Shown here: one piece after another, positions 42,661-44,625 of the stretch | How positions within the stretch are numbered: position 1 is the stretch's first letter | Layout: each line of letters starts with the position of its first letter | NCBI GenBank assembly: GCA_964016885.1 | Contig: CAXHJY010000120.1 | Coordinates: 1-44,625, forward strand | Source of the DNA: Eledone cirrhosa | Lineage: Eukaryota | Reading direction: 5' to 3' | Length of the DNA stretch: 44,625 bases | Translations under genes and position numbers: made by a program | The notes under the pieces: model-generated | The model's input: only the letters and a program-made list of their open reading frames with translations | The model's database searches: none | What the model was told of the DNA's origin: nothing

Positions 42661-42761
42661 ATCATCCTCATCATTTCATTCCCATCATGAGTTAACATTT
42701 CGCCAAAAAGAATTCGATAAATTACGTATAAGATTTGAAAAAAAAAAACCATGTATATAAT

Positions 42762-42872
42762 TGTTTCTACATTTGGCCCAATGCCCGCAGTTATCCCAGT
42801 GTATTACTGGTACTTTATTTTATTGACCCTGTAAGGCTGAAAGTCAAAGTTAACCTCGGCGGGATTTGAACT
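42762..42872 (-). mobile_element. 5'-truncated SINE family 1 copy with a 10-bp TSD
   Basis: TGTATATAAT at 42752-42761 and 42877-42886 (ATTATATACA on the element strand). Confidence 0.9.
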
Positions 42873-43223
42873 ACCTTGTATATAATGATTGAAACGTAAA
42901 GTAAAAAGAATGAACAGTTGGTCGTTGAATATGTCCATTTGTTAATTCAACGGGGGGTGCCGCGTCTGATAAGGGTGGAAATTAAAATAAAATACATTAA
43001 AAACAACGAAATTGGGAAAAGAAAAGATATTAAAATGTCGGCGACGGAAAAAAAGAAGAGTGAAGATGGAAATCACTAAATGTAATTTATTGGGTGTCAC
43101 ATTGTTCCTTCCCATTTAGATTTAGATGTGTACCCACCGAGGCGATATACGTTATGCTTCAAATACATATTTACACATACATATACAAGCACTTATATCA
43201 CATACATGCACATACACAAAGGT

Positions 43224-43265
<42 letters not shown>

Positions 43266-43573
43266 CCTCTTTCTCTCTCTCTTTCTCTCTTTCTCTCTCA
43301 TTCTATTTATAGCTCTTTATCTCTCCTTCTTTTCTCTCTCTCTCTCTCTCCTTCTCTCTCTCTCAATCTCACTCACACTCTCACTCTATCTCTCTTTCTC
43401 TCGCACGCACATTTTATATTTTATCCCTTGGTATATATATATATACATTTTTGTGTGGGTGTTAAAGGTTTTATTTTATCAACGCGCAAGGCGTGTGAAA
43501 GAATATATATTTACACCATGTATGTATATATATATATAATATATGTGTGTGTATAAATGTATATTTGTGTGTA

Positions 43574-43628
<55 letters not shown>

Positions 43629-43916
43629 TATATAAACATATATATATATTTATATTCATACACGCATTGTGTACATACATATATTTTACAAAACCGTCAC
43701 ATATATTAGTAGATTCTATCTCGTTTTTCTTTGTGTGTATCAAAAAGAGAAGGTGGCAACAGTCACGCCCTTTTCGCGTTACAATTATTTCGCTCTCCGC
43801 GTATAACAGTGCACCCACCCATCACCAATCACACGCATAGACACACACACATGCATACGCGCACACACACATGCACACAAACACACAGACAGATACATGC
43901 ATACGCGCACACACAT

Positions 43917-44007
<91 letters not shown>

Positions 44008-44038
44008 GCATATACATAGATAAATAAATAAATATTTA

Positions 44039-44133
<95 letters not shown>

Positions 44134-44147
44134 ATATATATATATAA

Positions 44148-44231
<84 letters not shown>

Positions 44232-44283
44232 ATATGTTATGGAATACTGTTAGCTTCTCGCTACAACAATTTCTATACTTTTC

Positions 44284-44349
<66 letters not shown>

Positions 44350-44413
44350 TATCTTATCTATCTATATATTTTATATACACATATACATAAATTTTATATT
44401 TATACATAAATGA

Positions 44414-44469
<56 letters not shown>

Positions 44470-44470
44470 G

Positions 44471-44546
<76 letters not shown>

Positions 44547-44625
44547 TGTGTCTGTCTACACATATGAATCCCTCACATAAACCTCGAGACCATCAATTTC
44601 TTATTATTACAATGCTATCAACCTT

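Overview
AT-rich, microsatellite-saturated eukaryotic DNA. The SINE and repeat content suggests an octopus-type cephalopod, but this is inferred. The only host coding sequence I found is one 268-bp internal T-box exon of a Tbx2/3 (omb-like) gene at 16139-16406 (+), so the rest of the window is probably its two flanking introns. Nearly all ORFs in the supplied track are microsatellite artefacts. Interspersed repeats include about 13 copies of one tRNA-derived SINE family that repeatedly inserts at ATTAT, RTE-clade LINE fragments, an R4/Dong-like 3' end inside (CATA)n, small Tc1/mariner- and piggyBac-like MITEs, and a Helitron end. The main hidden signal is a dense set of short elements sitting in (TA)n tracts, often arranged as palindromes, that carry hammerhead ribozyme (HHR) folds on both strands. 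These most resemble Penelope-like element (PLE) pseudo-LTR remnants or retrozymes. They include two families with a U3:A8 compensatory core, a family whose palindromic stem III covaries between copies, a candidate type II hammerhead, and palindromes centred exactly on the ribozyme stem II loop. All structures were derived by eye, not computed or tested.
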